DNA from: an uncultured delta proteobacterium
GTDB taxonomy: Bacteria > Desulfobacterota > Binatia > DP-6
Assembly (NCBI GenBank): GCA_963815115.1
Contig: CAWFFN010000005.1
Coordinates: forward strand, 800,001-864,000
Direction: 5' to 3'
DNA: 64,000 nt
Shown: in pieces, positions 32,999 to 42,627 of the stretch
Layout of the letters: each line of letters opens with the position of its first letter
Position numbering within the stretch: the stretch's first letter is position 1
The notes under the pieces: model-generated
What the model was told of the DNA's origin: nothing
The model's input: only the letters and a program-made list of their open reading frames with translations
Databases searched by the model: none
Translations under genes and position numbers: made by a program

Positions 32999-34459
32999 CG
33001 CCCATCGACGTCGGCGCCTTCGCGGCAAACTGGCAGGCCGCGCTGCCCGCCATCGTGGTCGTGGGCACGGCGATGGTCGTGATGCTGGTCGATCTCCTCC
33101 TGCGCGACGGCAGCCGGAGCGTGCTCGCCGGCCTCGGCGTCGTCGGACTGGCGGCCGCGGTGGCGGTGGCGGTCTCGGCGTGGTCCGGCGACGGTGATCC
33201 GTCCGCCTTCCAGCACATGCTGCGCGCCGATCGCTACGGTCTCTTCTTCACCGTGGTGGTCTGCCTGAGCGCGGCCCTGACGCTCCTCATGTCGGTCGAC
33301 TTCGTACGCGAGTGGGGCCTGCCGGCGGGCGACTACTACACCCTGGTCCTGCTCTCCACGGCCGGCATGGTGTTCCTGGTCCTCGCCAACGACCTCATCG
33401 TGCTCTTCATCGCCCTCGAGACCATGTCGGTGGGCCTCTACGTGCTGGCCGGCATGCTGCGGGGCGACCTGCGCTCGAACGAGGCGTCGATGAAGTACTT
33501 CCTGCTGGGCGCCTTCGCGAGCGGCTTCCTGCTCTACGGGGTGGCGTTCTTCTACGGCGCGACCGGCTCGACGCGCCTGGACGTCATCGCGCACGTCATC
33601 GCGACGCGGGCCCTGGAACCGTTCGTGCTCCTCGGCATCGCGTTCGTGCTGGTGGGATTGGGCTTCAAGGTGGCCCTCATCCCCTTCCAGGCCTGGACGC
33701 CGGACGTCTACGAGGGCGCCCCCACGGCGGTGACGGCGTTCATGGCCGTGGCGGTCAAGGCGGCGGCCTTCGCGGCCTTCGGGACGCGTCTTCCTCGCCG
33801 GCCTGCCGCAGCTCGCCGGACAGTGGACCCTGCTCCTCGGCGTCATCGCAGCGCTCACCATGACGGTCGGCAACGTGATCGCGGTGAGCCAGCGGAGCGT
33901 CAAGCGCATGCTGGCATACTCGAGCATCGCGCACGCGGGCTACGCGCTGCTCGGCGTGGTTGCCGACACGCCGCAGGGCGGCGCCGCGCTGCTCTTCTAT
34001 CTCACCGTGTACGCCTTCATGAACGTCGGCGCGTTCGGCGTCCTCATCGCGCTCGGACGTCGCGGCGAGCCGCGCGACCGTCTCGACGATCTCGCCGGTG
34101 TGGGGTTCCGCCACCCCGTGCTCGCCGCGTGCTTGACGGTGTTCCTGCTCTCGCTCGCCGGCGTGCCCCCCATGGCGGGCTTCGTCGGCAAGCTCTTTCT
34201 CTTCCGCGCCATCGTCGACTCGGGTCGCACGGGGCTCGCGCTCATCGCGGTCGTGAACAGCACGGTCTCGGTCTACTACTACCTCGGCCCGATCGTGCAG
34301 ATGTATCTCGGTCGGGAGAGCGAGCAGCCCGCGCCGCTCCCCGCCCGGCCCTGGCTCGTCGCTTGCATCGCCGTCGCGCTCGCCGGGACGTTGTTCCTGG
34401 GCGCGCTGCCCGCCGGCACGCTGCAGGTCGCCGCCGTGTCGTTCGGATCGCTGCGCTGA
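32995..34459 (+). CDS. nuoN: NADH-quinone oxidoreductase subunit N, frameshift near 33782
   Basis: EASMKYFLLG, FK..PF..WTPDVYEGAPT, then KRMLAYSSIAH, LAGVPP..GF.GK in another frame; one extra G in TTC-GGG-ACG. Confidence 0.88.
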
Positions 34460-34460
34460 G

Positions 34461-34620
34461 CGACCCGAGACTCCGTCTCGGGTCGGCACGGAGGGCAGGA
34501 TTGAGGCTTGCTGGGGCAGTGCGGCCGTCGTGCCGCGGCCGGCGAAGCCGGCGCGGCAGACGTTCCGGAGGGCGCCACACGCTCGCCTCCGCTCTCGACC
34601 CGAGACGGAGTCTCGGGTCG
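34461..34620. repeat. REP/MITE-like palindromic element, copy 1
   Basis: Two inverted 25-nt hairpins CGACCCGAGA-N5-TCTCGGGTCG (34461-34485, 34596-34620) around a 41-nt core (34530-34570). Confidence 0.75.
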
Positions 34621-34623
34621 TTG

Positions 34624-35535
34624 CTATCCAGGATCGAGCCGCGACAGGAGCGCCAGGAGCGCGCGGTTCACCGGCACCGGCACGCCGGTGCGGGCCGCGG
34701 CGCGCACCACGGCGCCGTTGAGGGCGTCGTGCTCCAGGCGGCGCCCGCGGCGCAGGTCCTGCAGCATCGAGGTGGCGAAGCCGGGCATCTCGGCCGCGCT
34801 CTCGGCGAGCACCTCCTCGAGCCGCGCGCGCCGTACGGGGATCCCGAGCCCGCTCGCGACGGCGTCCGTCTCCTCCATCGCCCCGCGGACGAGCTCGCGG
34901 CTCGCCGGTTGCCCGAGCGCCTCGCCGACCGTCGTGCCGGTCAGCGTGGTGACGGCGTTGAAGCCGGCATTCCAGGCCAGCTTCTCCCACGCGACGACCA
35001 GCACGTCGCGCCGCAGCTGATGCGGCAGGCCGGCCGCCGCGAACGCTCCGGCGACGCGCAGGGCTCGCGGGCTCTCGGCGCCGTCGGGCTCGCCGAAGAG
35101 GATCTCACCGCGTCCGGTGTAGCGCACCGTCGCGGGCGCGGTCAGCTCCACGCCGATGCGCGTGAGGCCGATCAGGAGCGGCGGGAGGTCGAGGCCGGCG
35201 GCGAGGACGGCCTCGTTCTCCACCCCGTTCTGCAGCGACAGCACGATGGTGTCGCGCCGGACGGCCGGCCGCAGGGCGCGCGATGCCGCGGCGGTGTCGT
35301 ACGATTTGACGCACACCAGGATCAGCTCGGGCGATGGCGCATCCGCGGCGTCGCCGACCGCCCCGATGTCGGGGAGCCGGAGGGTCTGGTCGGGAAGCTG
35401 GACGGTGAGGCCGTCGCGGCGGAGGGCGTCCAGGTTCGCGCCCCGAGCCACCAGCGTCACCTCGTGCCCGCCCCCGGCGAGGCGCGCGCCGAAGTAGCCG
35501 CCGACGGCGCCCGCGCCGAGGACGAGCACGCGCAC
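34624..35535 (-). CDS. panE: ketopantoate reductase family protein
   Basis: GAGAVGG, VKSYD, LQNG, WEKL..N, SMLQD..E.DALNG. Confidence 0.9.
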   Translation of the reverse strand: MRVLVLGAGAVGGYFGARLAGGGHEVTLVARGANLDALRRDGLTVQLPDQTLRLPDIGAVGDAADAPSPELILVCVKSYDTAAASRALRPAVRRDTIVLSLQNGVENEAVLAAGLDLPPLLIGLTRIGVELTAPATVRYTGRGEILFGEPDGAESPRALRVAGAFAAAGLPHQLRRDVLVVAWEKLAWNAGFNAVTTLTGTTVGEALGQPASRELVRGAMEETDAVASGLGIPVRRARLEEVLAESAAEMPGFATSMLQDLRRGRRLEHDALNGAVVRAAARTGVPVPVNRALLALLSRLDPG

Positions 35536-35542
35536 GGACAGC

Positions 35543-36130
35543 CTACCTGGCGCCGGTGGCCGCGCCGGGCGCCCCGAAGTTCACCCGCGGCGGCTGCTGG
35601 GCCTCGGCCGGCGCGTTGAAGTACTTTTCCTCCTTGAAGCCGATCCAGTTGGCGTAGAGCACCGTCGGGAAGCTGTTGCGGGTCGTGTTGTAGGCGCGAA
35701 CGGCATCGTTGAAGCGCATGCGCTCGACCGCGATGCGGTTCTCGGTGCCTGCCAGCTCGTCGGAGAGCCGGTTGAACTGCTCGTTGGCCTTGAGCTGGGG
35801 ATACTGCTCGGCGATCGCGAGCAGGCGGCCGAGCGCGCCCGAGAGGTTCTGGGCGGCGTCGATCTGCTCGTCACGGGTGCCGGCGTTGAGCAGGCGCGAG
35901 CGGGCGTTCGCCACTGCCTCGAACACCCCGCTCTCGTGCGTCGCGTAGCCCTTCACCGTCTCGACCAGGTTCGGGATCAGATCGTTGCGGCGCTGGAGCT
36001 GGTTCTGCACCTGCGCCCACGAGGCCTGGATGTTCTGCTGGAGGCCGACCAGCTGGTTGTAGCCGCATCCGGGCAACAGCACCGCCCCCAGGAACATCGC
36101 GAGCATCCGCCGTATCGCCGTAGTCGTCAT
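35543..36130 (-). CDS. lemA: LemA family protein
   Basis: GCGYN, QLQRR.DLIPNLV.TVKGY, YPQLKAN, GTENRI. Confidence 0.95.
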   Translation of the reverse strand: MTTTAIRRMLAMFLGAVLLPGCGYNQLVGLQQNIQASWAQVQNQLQRRNDLIPNLVETVKGYATHESGVFEAVANARSRLLNAGTRDEQIDAAQNLSGALGRLLAIAEQYPQLKANEQFNRLSDELAGTENRIAVERMRFNDAVRAYNTTRNSFPTVLYANWIGFKEEKYFNAPAEAQQPPRVNFGAPGAATGAR

Positions 36131-36147
36131 GGCATCGTCCTCCTTGG

Positions 36148-36924
36148 TTACCAGCTCCGGCCGGCGCCGCCGCCGCCGAAGGTCCCGCCTCCAAACCCCC
36201 CGAACCCACCGCCGCCGCCGCCGAATCCACCCGGGAATCCGCCGCCGAATCCGCCGGGATATCCCCCGTGGTACCCGCCTCCGCGACCGAATGTCCCACC
36301 GCCGCGCCCGCCTCCCGAGAATCGCCTCCCCAGCCAGGAGAGGAAGAGGAAGAGCAGGAGGAGGAGCAGAAGGAGCACCCAGGGCGGGATGTCGACGCCC
36401 TGGTCGGCGGCCGGAACGGGTGTCCCCTCCCGGGCGGCGAGGATGCGCTGCGCGATCGCCGTCACGCCGCGTTCGAGGCCCTCGTCGAACCGTCCGGCCT
36501 TGAACGAGGGCACGATCTCCTGGTCCTGGATGGCGCCGACGAGGCCGTCGGGAAGGATGCCCTCCACCCCGTAGCCCGTGAAGATGCGCAGCTTGCGGTC
36601 CTTGGTGGCGAGCAGGATCAGCACGCCGGTGTCCTGCCCGCGGGCGCCCACCTTCCAGGCATCCGCGACGCGCATGCCGTAGGTGAAGTCGTCCAGCGGC
36701 GCGGTGGTCGGGACGGTGAGGACGGCGATCTCGGAGCCGGTCTTGGCCTTGAGCCCCTCGGCGACGCGGGTGATGCGCTGCTGGACGTCGGGCGGGATGA
36801 CGCCGGCGAGATCCGTGACGAAGCCCTGGGGCGCCGGGATCGGTGGATCCACGGCGCGTGCAGCGTCGGCCGTGAGGACGGCAAGCGCCGCGAGCAAGCC
36901 TCCGAGGAGGCCCGCGCTACGCAT
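36148..36924 (-). CDS. TPM domain protein with Gly-rich tail
   Basis: VTDLAG, WKVG..D.GVL, GYGVEG.LPD, GGGTFGGGGAGRSW. Confidence 0.9.
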   Translation of the reverse strand: MRSAGLLGGLLAALAVLTADAARAVDPPIPAPQGFVTDLAGVIPPDVQQRITRVAEGLKAKTGSEIAVLTVPTTAPLDDFTYGMRVADAWKVGARGQDTGVLILLATKDRKLRIFTGYGVEGILPDGLVGAIQDQEIVPSFKAGRFDEGLERGVTAIAQRILAAREGTPVPAADQGVDIPPWVLLLLLLLLFLFLSWLGRRFSGGGRGGGTFGRGGGYHGGYPGGFGGGFPGGFGGGGGGFGGFGGGTFGGGGAGRSW

Positions 36925-37645
36925 CGAGCGTGTCGAGCGCGTTGACGATCCGCTCCACCTCTCCCAGGTATTCACGGAACTCCAGGCGCTCGGCGCGGGG
37001 CACGAGGCGAGTGACGCCCTCGCGATGGTCGAGCAGCCGCGACATGAGCGGGAAGGGACCGAGGGCACGTTCGCCGGCGACGAGTGCGTCGCGGTAGCGC
37101 GGTCCGGGATCGGTTCCCTGCAGCCGCAGGAGATGGCGCAGGAAGATCAGGATGCTCTTGAGCGATTCCAGCATGAGCCGTTCGAGGGCGCTGGGCGCGC
37201 CGCCGGTCCCGAGATAGAGGGCGCGCAGGCGGAGCAGCTTGCCGCGCGCCTCCTTCTCGCACTGCCGCCGCAGCGCATCCCGGTCGACGGTGACGTCCGC
37301 GAACACGTCGGTCCCGGCGAGCAGGCGATGCTGGCGCCGGATGTCGTCCAGCTCCATGGGAAAGACGTCGCGTGCCCTGTCGAGGAACGAACGCTCGATG
37401 ACCAGCGGAATGGCGAAGTGCCGTCGCTCCCAGCGCATCACGACGGGGGCGAGGGCTTCCAGGACCTCGCTGGTGACGGCCTCCACGACGATGGTGAGGT
37501 TCACGTCCGAGTGCGGATCGAAGAAGTCGTCGCCGGCCGCGCTGCCGTAGAGGGCGAGGCAGACGATCCGCGCGCCCAGCGCCGCCTGGACGTCCTGGCT
37601 GTACGTCTCGAGCTGCCGTTCGAGCCGCTCGTCGGGCTGCGCCAT
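36917..37645 (-). CDS. nucleotidyltransferase-domain protein (LemA/TPM-associated)
   Basis: LYGSAAGDDF..SDVN, DVFPME. Confidence 0.78.
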   Translation of the reverse strand: MAQPDERLERQLETYSQDVQAALGARIVCLALYGSAAGDDFFDPHSDVNLTIVVEAVTSEVLEALAPVVMRWERRHFAIPLVIERSFLDRARDVFPMELDDIRRQHRLLAGTDVFADVTVDRDALRRQCEKEARGKLLRLRALYLGTGGAPSALERLMLESLKSILIFLRHLLRLQGTDPGPRYRDALVAGERALGPFPLMSRLLDHREGVTRLVPRAERLEFREYLGEVERIVNALDTLDA

Positions 37646-37719
37646 GGGTTGCCGGACTGATAGCCGCGAGACGGCGGCGGAGCAATCGGGGCGTCTCCCG
37701 CCCGCGTCGCCTTGACCGC

Positions 37720-38487
37720 GTGCCATCGCTTGGCTACCCGCGGCCGGTGGCGATCGCCGACGAGCTGCGGGCCGCCGTCGGCGGGGTCACCGGACTGCGC
37801 CGGGTGGGGCGCGGAGTGCCGCGCGAGGCCCAGGTCGGCGGGCTGGTCTTCTACCCGCTGGTCGGTGCTGCCATCGGCCTGGCGGCCGTGGTGGCTCTTC
37901 GTCTCGCTGGCCCGCTCGGACCGCGCCTGGCGGCCATCGCCGCCCTCGTCGTGCTGGCGGCCGCCTCGGGCGGCCGGACGCTCGCCGGTCTTGCCGGCGC
38001 AGCGGGCGCCCTCGGAGCACCTGGAGAACCTTCCGCCGTGCTCGCCCGCTTGCGCGGCCGGCCGTCGGCTGCGGGCGCTGCGGTGGCCGCTGGCTTCTTC
38101 CTGGTGAAGGTCTGGGCGCTCCTGCACGTGCCCGAGCCGGCGCGACCGCTCGCGCTCATGCTCGCGCCGATGCTGGGCCGCTGGGCAGTGGTCGTGCAGT
38201 GCTACGGCGGCAGCCCCGTCGCGGCACGCGGGCTGGCGGCCGTGCTGGTCGGCCGCGCCCGCCTGCGCGAGTTCGGCTGGGCCAGCGCGCTCGTCTTCGC
38301 GGCGACGCTGGCGGTGCTCGATGCCGTCGGCCTGGTCGTGCTGCTCGCGGTGACGCTCGCGACGGTCGCGCTGCGCGTGCTCGCCTACCGCCGTGCCGGC
38401 GGCCTCACGGGACGCCAGCTGGCGGCCACCGCCGAGGTGATCGAGACCGGCACGCTCGTGGTGCTCGCGCTGCTCGCCCGCGGGTGA
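37720..38487 (+). CDS. cobS: adenosylcobinamide-GDP ribazoletransferase (cobalamin synthase), divergent
   Basis: FYPLVGAAIG, LGRW, GGLTG..E..E; multi-TM; beside the B12 locus. Confidence 0.7.
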   Translation: MPSLGYPRPVAIADELRAAVGGVTGLRRVGRGVPREAQVGGLVFYPLVGAAIGLAAVVALRLAGPLGPRLAAIAALVVLAAASGGRTLAGLAGAAGALGAPGEPSAVLARLRGRPSAAGAAVAAGFFLVKVWALLHVPEPARPLALMLAPMLGRWAVVVQCYGGSPVAARGLAAVLVGRARLREFGWASALVFAATLAVLDAVGLVVLLAVTLATVALRVLAYRRAGGLTGRQLAATAEVIETGTLVVLALLARG

Positions 38488-38493
38488 GCGGGC

Positions 38494-38940
38494 TCAGGCG
38501 GGACGGCGAGGTGTCAGGACGCGCCGGCGCAGCGACAGCACGACCTCGCCGCGCTGGTTGCGGGCGCGCGTCTCCAGGTAGACGACGCCGCGATCCGCTT
38601 TCGTGGTCGACGGCGTCACCTCGAGGATCTCGGACTCGGCGTAGATGGTGTCGCCGTGGTAGGTCGGCGCGTGGTGCAGGATCTTCTCGTACTCGAGGTT
38701 GGCGATGGCGTTCTCGCTGACGTCGCGCACGCTCATCCCCACGGTGAGGGCGAAGACGAGGGTGCCGTTCACCAGGCAGCGCCCGTGCTGGCTCTGGCTC
38801 GCGAAGTGCTCGTCGAAGTGCAGCGGGTTGGTGTTCATGGTCATCAGCGTGAACCAGGTGTCGTCGAAATCCCGGATCGTGCGTCCCGGCCAGTGCTTGA
38901 TCACCTCGCCGGCGCGGAAGTCCTCCAGGTACCGTCCCAT
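38494..38940 (-). CDS. MaoC family dehydratase
   Basis: YLEDF..GRTI..NTNPLHFD, GDTIYAES. Confidence 0.9.
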   Translation of the reverse strand: MGRYLEDFRAGEVIKHWPGRTIRDFDDTWFTLMTMNTNPLHFDEHFASQSQHGRCLVNGTLVFALTVGMSVRDVSENAIANLEYEKILHHAPTYHGDTIYAESEILEVTPSTTKADRGVVYLETRARNQRGEVVLSLRRRVLTPRRPA

Positions 38941-39014
38941 GCGGGGCGGGTTTATCGCGGCGCGGCCGGCAGTCAAGGGTCGCCGTGCTTGACGGGCGGC
39001 GCACGGGAAGGGTA

Positions 39015-39205
39015 GGAGCGCCCGACCTCGACGGGCACGGGAAGGGGGTGCGAAGCCCCCGCTGCCCCGCAGCTGTGAGGGGGGACGACCCCGGTCGTCG
39101 CCACTGCCCCGGACGCGGGGCGGGAAGGGACCGGGCGAGGAGGATCCCCGAGCCAGAAGACCGGTCCGACCGAGGCCAGCGACCGACCTTCCGCGGGGAA
39201 GGAGC
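39015..39205 (+). ncRNA. cobalamin riboswitch upstream of btuB
   Basis: GGGAAggGGTG..AAgCC..CTGCCCCGCAGCTGT..GCCACTG..GGGAAGG..AGCCAGAAGACC; then CCTTCC-GCGG-GGAAGG hairpin over the SD. Confidence 0.9.
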
Positions 39206-39210
39206 TGGGG

Positions 39211-41289
39211 ATCAGGCCCGGACGTCTCACAGCATGCGCGCTCGTCGCGCTGACCGCCGCCGTCATCGCGCGGGGAGAGGAGAAGCTCCCCGAGGTGGTG
39301 GTGACCGCGCCGCCGGAGCGCGAAGCCACCCCTGCGCCGAAAGACGTCACGGGCTTCGCGACGGTGCTCGATACGAAGGATGCGCCGGCCGGCGTGAGCA
39401 CGCTCGCGGATACGCTCTCCACCGCTCCCGGCGTGCAGGTGCGGGAGTACGGCGGGCTCGGCAGCTTCAGCACCGTGTCCGTGCGCGGTTTCTCGCCGGG
39501 ACAGGTGCAGGTCTACCTCGACGGCGTGCCGCTCAGCCGCGCGAACAACGAGGTGGTCAACCTGAGCGACCTGCCGATCGACGCCCTCGACCGGGTGGAG
39601 GTCTACCGGGGCGTGACGCCGCTGGCGTTCGCCCAGTCGGGTCCCGGCGGCGTCGTCAACCTGGTGCCGCGGCGTGCGGGTGCGGAGCCGTTCACCGCGG
39701 CCAGCGCGTCCTACGGGTCGTTCGAGACCCGCAAGGTCGATCTCGCCCGCAGCGCGAGCTCGGGCCCTTGGGACTATCTCGCCTTCGGCCAGTACTTCGG
39801 GAGCCTCGGTGATTTCACCTTCACGAACGATCTCGGAACGCCGGAGAACACGGCTGACGACCGCACCGAACGGCGCATCAACAATGCCTTCAACTCGGGC
39901 AGCTTCACCGCGCGCGTCGGCTATGACCCCGAGGGGCCGCTCTCGGCGTGGCTCACCACCGACAGCTTCGGGAAGACGCAGGGCATACCGGGACGCGGCT
40001 CCGTGCAGTCACCCGACGCCCATCGCGACCTGATCCGCCAGCTCGCGCAGCTCGGCGGGCGGCTCACGCCCGCTGGCGGCCTCCCGCTCACCCTGGAGGG
40101 GAGCGCGTTCCTCGTCTACCAGGACGAGCACTTCGAAGCGCCGCCGAACGATCCGGTCTTCCTGCCGACGGACGTCACCGAGCACACCCTCGTCGGCGGC
40201 GGGCAGCTGCTCGTGCGCGGCGCCGTCGGGGCGCACCAGGTGCCGGGGCTGCTCGTCGCCGTGAGCCAGGAGGCGCTCCGGGAGCGCAACGAGGTCGGCG
40301 TCTTCCCGGTGCTGCAGCCCGGCGAGTCGCCGACCCGGACGCGGCTGCGGGGGACCGTCGCCGCGGAGGACGAGGTCCTCCTGCTCGGCGACCGCGTGTC
40401 ACTGGTTCCGGCGGTGCGCACGGAGGTGTACCGGGACGACTTCCCGGGCGACCCGCGCCTCCCTCCCGCGCTGCGTACGGCCGGGACCGACGTGTTCAAC
40501 GAGGTCTCGCCGCGCTTCGGCGTGCGCGCGCAGCCGGTGCCCGGGCTGACGCTGCTCGGCAACGTCGGGCGCTACGTCCGCGTCCCGAACCTTCAGGAGC
40601 TGTTCGGCAATAGCGGCGTCGTGCAGGGGAATCCGGACCTGCAGCCCGAGGTGTCGCGCAACTGGGATCTGGGCTTCCGCGCCGTCGCACCGCCCTGGGG
40701 CCCGATCACCTCGGCGTCGTTCGAGTACGGGCACTTCGACAACCGGGTCGACGATCTCATCGTGCTGGTGCCGAGCAGCGTGAGCGTCTTCAAGCCGGTG
40801 AACATCGCCGACGCCCGCATCCAGGGCAACGAGATCGCCGCCCAGGTCGAGGTCTGGAGGCGGATCGCCGTGAGCGCGAACTTCACGCAGCAGGACGCGC
40901 GCGAGATCAGCGACGTGCCGTTCCGGAACGGCAACCAGCTGCCCGGCCGTCCCGCCGAGGAGGGCTACGTGCGGCTCGATCTCTCCTGGTCGCCGACGCG
41001 TCCCCTGCCATTCGGCGCGGCCACCGCACGTCTCTGGCCCGGTCGGCTGTGGTTCGACGCAAACCTCATCGCCGACAACTTCCTCGACACCGCCAACACC
41101 CAGCTCGTGCCGTCGCGCTCCCTCTTCGGAATCGGGTTCGAGCTCCAGGTGCCGCCGCTCCACGGCGTCACGCTCGGGCTCGCCCTGCGCAACCTGACCG
41201 ATGACCGGACCGAGGACGTGCTCGGGTTTCCGCTGCCCGGCCGCTCGGTGTTCGCCACCGTGTCGTGGGGCTTCGCGCGCTGGGACTAG
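39211..41289 (+). CDS. btuB: TonB-dependent receptor, BtuB-like
   Basis: Signal peptide, EVVVTA TonB box, plug GGLGSFSTVSVRG..VYLDGVP..RVEVYRG, GNPDLQPE, PLPGRS; riboswitch upstream; probable ATC start. Confidence 0.88.
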   Translation: MRPGRLTACALVALTAAVIARGEEKLPEVVVTAPPEREATPAPKDVTGFATVLDTKDAPAGVSTLADTLSTAPGVQVREYGGLGSFSTVSVRGFSPGQVQVYLDGVPLSRANNEVVNLSDLPIDALDRVEVYRGVTPLAFAQSGPGGVVNLVPRRAGAEPFTAASASYGSFETRKVDLARSASSGPWDYLAFGQYFGSLGDFTFTNDLGTPENTADDRTERRINNAFNSGSFTARVGYDPEGPLSAWLTTDSFGKTQGIPGRGSVQSPDAHRDLIRQLAQLGGRLTPAGGLPLTLEGSAFLVYQDEHFEAPPNDPVFLPTDVTEHTLVGGGQLLVRGAVGAHQVPGLLVAVSQEALRERNEVGVFPVLQPGESPTRTRLRGTVAAEDEVLLLGDRVSLVPAVRTEVYRDDFPGDPRLPPALRTAGTDVFNEVSPRFGVRAQPVPGLTLLGNVGRYVRVPNLQELFGNSGVVQGNPDLQPEVSRNWDLGFRAVAPPWGPITSASFEYGHFDNRVDDLIVLVPSSVSVFKPVNIADARIQGNEIAAQVEVWRRIAVSANFTQQDAREISDVPFRNGNQLPGRPAEEGYVRLDLSWSPTRPLPFGAATARLWPGRLWFDANLIADNFLDTANTQLVPSRSLFGIGFELQVPPLHGVTLGLALRNLTDDRTEDVLGFPLPGRSVFATVSWGFARWD

Positions 41290-41293
41290 GACA

Positions 41294-41403
41294 CCGACCC
41301 GAGACCGAGTCTCGGGTCGGAGCGGAGAGCGAGGGTGAGGCTCGATGAGCGGTGCGAGCGCCGTGCCGCGGCCGGCGACGCCGGCGCGGCAGACGTTCCG
41401 GAG
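41294..41403. repeat. REP/MITE-like palindromic element, copy 2 (one hairpin plus core)
   Basis: CCGACCCGAGAC-CGA-GTCTCGGGTCGG; core 41363-41403 matches 34530-34570 at 40/41 nt. Confidence 0.75.
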
Positions 41404-41454
41404 CGGGAGGCCGGCGGCACGGAAGTCGCGTGTGCCCCGAGCGCCTCGGCCTCT

Positions 41455-42627
41455 CTAGAAGAGCGCGGTCGGATCGGCCTGGGTCTGGAGGAAGTGGCCC
41501 GCCTGTCCCGCCACTGCGGTGGCGGGAGTCCCGCCGGTCGAGACGCCACCGCCGTTCCCCCCTTCGCCGGCGCAGCTGCCGCCGCCCCCGCCTGCCGACC
41601 GAGGATCGCCGGTGACCGATGCCGCGGCGCCGGCAGCTCCGGCGACCCCGCCGTCGACGGTCACCGTCCCATCGCTGACGAGCGCAGGGGCCAGGAGGTG
41701 CACGATGCCGCCTCCCCCGCCTCCTCCCGCGCCGTCCGAAACACCGCTGGGCGATCCGTCGCCGCCCTTCGCGCTTATGGTGGCCGGACCGGCATGGGAG
41801 ACGGTCCCGCGCGAGGCGAGGATCACGACACCGCCACCGCCCCCGCCGGTACCGGTGGCACCGGCGAGACCATCGGCGTTGATGGCGAACTGATTCCGGA
41901 TCGCGGTCGCGGCGAGCACGACGAGCGTTCCGCCACCCGTTCCGCCAGTGCCCGCGAACCCCCCACCCCCGCCTCCGCCGCCGAACGGGCCCGGATCGAC
42001 GAGCTGGCGCGCCGCTGTCTGGCCCATCCCGTCGCCGCCCTCGCCCGCGCTGAGCGTACTCGTGGCGGGACCCAGCTCTCCGCTGCCCGCCGGGCTGAGC
42101 CCGAGCCCCGGATTGGCATTGCGCACCGATGGCTCGATGGTGCCTGCATCCGTGCCGTCGCGGTCGGCGCCGGTTGCTGCTCCCTGCACGTTGATGGTGC
42201 CGTTGTTGGTGAACGTCCCGGTGCAGCGGATCACCGTCCCGCTGGGGATGGTGAGAGTCACCCCCGGAACGATGGTCAGATCGGTGAACTGGAAGTTCGT
42301 CGGTGCCACGAGTGGATCTTCCCAGTTCTCGTCGGCCCCCACCGTCCGGGCGCCGGCGGAGCCGTCGCCATAGATGCGGAGCTGGCCGTCGGCCCCGGCG
42401 TTCCCGGGCGACCCCGGCGTTCCGGGCGTACCCGGCGCGCCGGTCTCGCCGAGGGCGCCGAAGTCCGCGAGATTGAGCGGGACCTCCTTCTTCTTGCAGG
42501 CCGCGCGGACGGACACGTTGCCCTTCTTGGCGCGGCAGAAGACGTCCGCCCCCGCGTCGAGGGCCGTGCTCGCCAGGACGGCGAGGGCCGTGGTGAGGGT
42601 GAGCGAGCCGAATGAGTTCATGACCAC
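41455..42627 (-). CDS. secreted Gly-rich protein with short collagen-like segment
   Basis: Signal peptide, GALGETGAPGTPGTPGSPGNAGADG, repeated GGGGGG plus hydrophobic strand units. Confidence 0.75.
   Translation of the reverse strand: MVMNSFGSLTLTTALAVLASTALDAGADVFCRAKKGNVSVRAACKKKEVPLNLADFGALGETGAPGTPGTPGSPGNAGADGQLRIYGDGSAGARTVGADENWEDPLVAPTNFQFTDLTIVPGVTLTIPSGTVIRCTGTFTNNGTINVQGAATGADRDGTDAGTIEPSVRNANPGLGLSPAGSGELGPATSTLSAGEGGDGMGQTAARQLVDPGPFGGGGGGGGFAGTGGTGGGTLVVLAATAIRNQFAINADGLAGATGTGGGGGGVVILASRGTVSHAGPATISAKGGDGSPSGVSDGAGGGGGGGIVHLLAPALVSDGTVTVDGGVAGAAGAAASVTGDPRSAGGGGGSCAGEGGNGGGVSTGGTPATAVAGQAGHFLQTQADPTALF

Noticed and set aside
34461-34620. Possible mini CRISPR array
   Set aside because: Only two palindromes, in inverted orientation and 110 nt apart; no cas genes
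38973-39473. Similar antisense ORFs here and at 42801..43280 (SCGAAGA.HPLP)
   Set aside because: The similarity is just the reverse complement of the two cobalamin riboswitches
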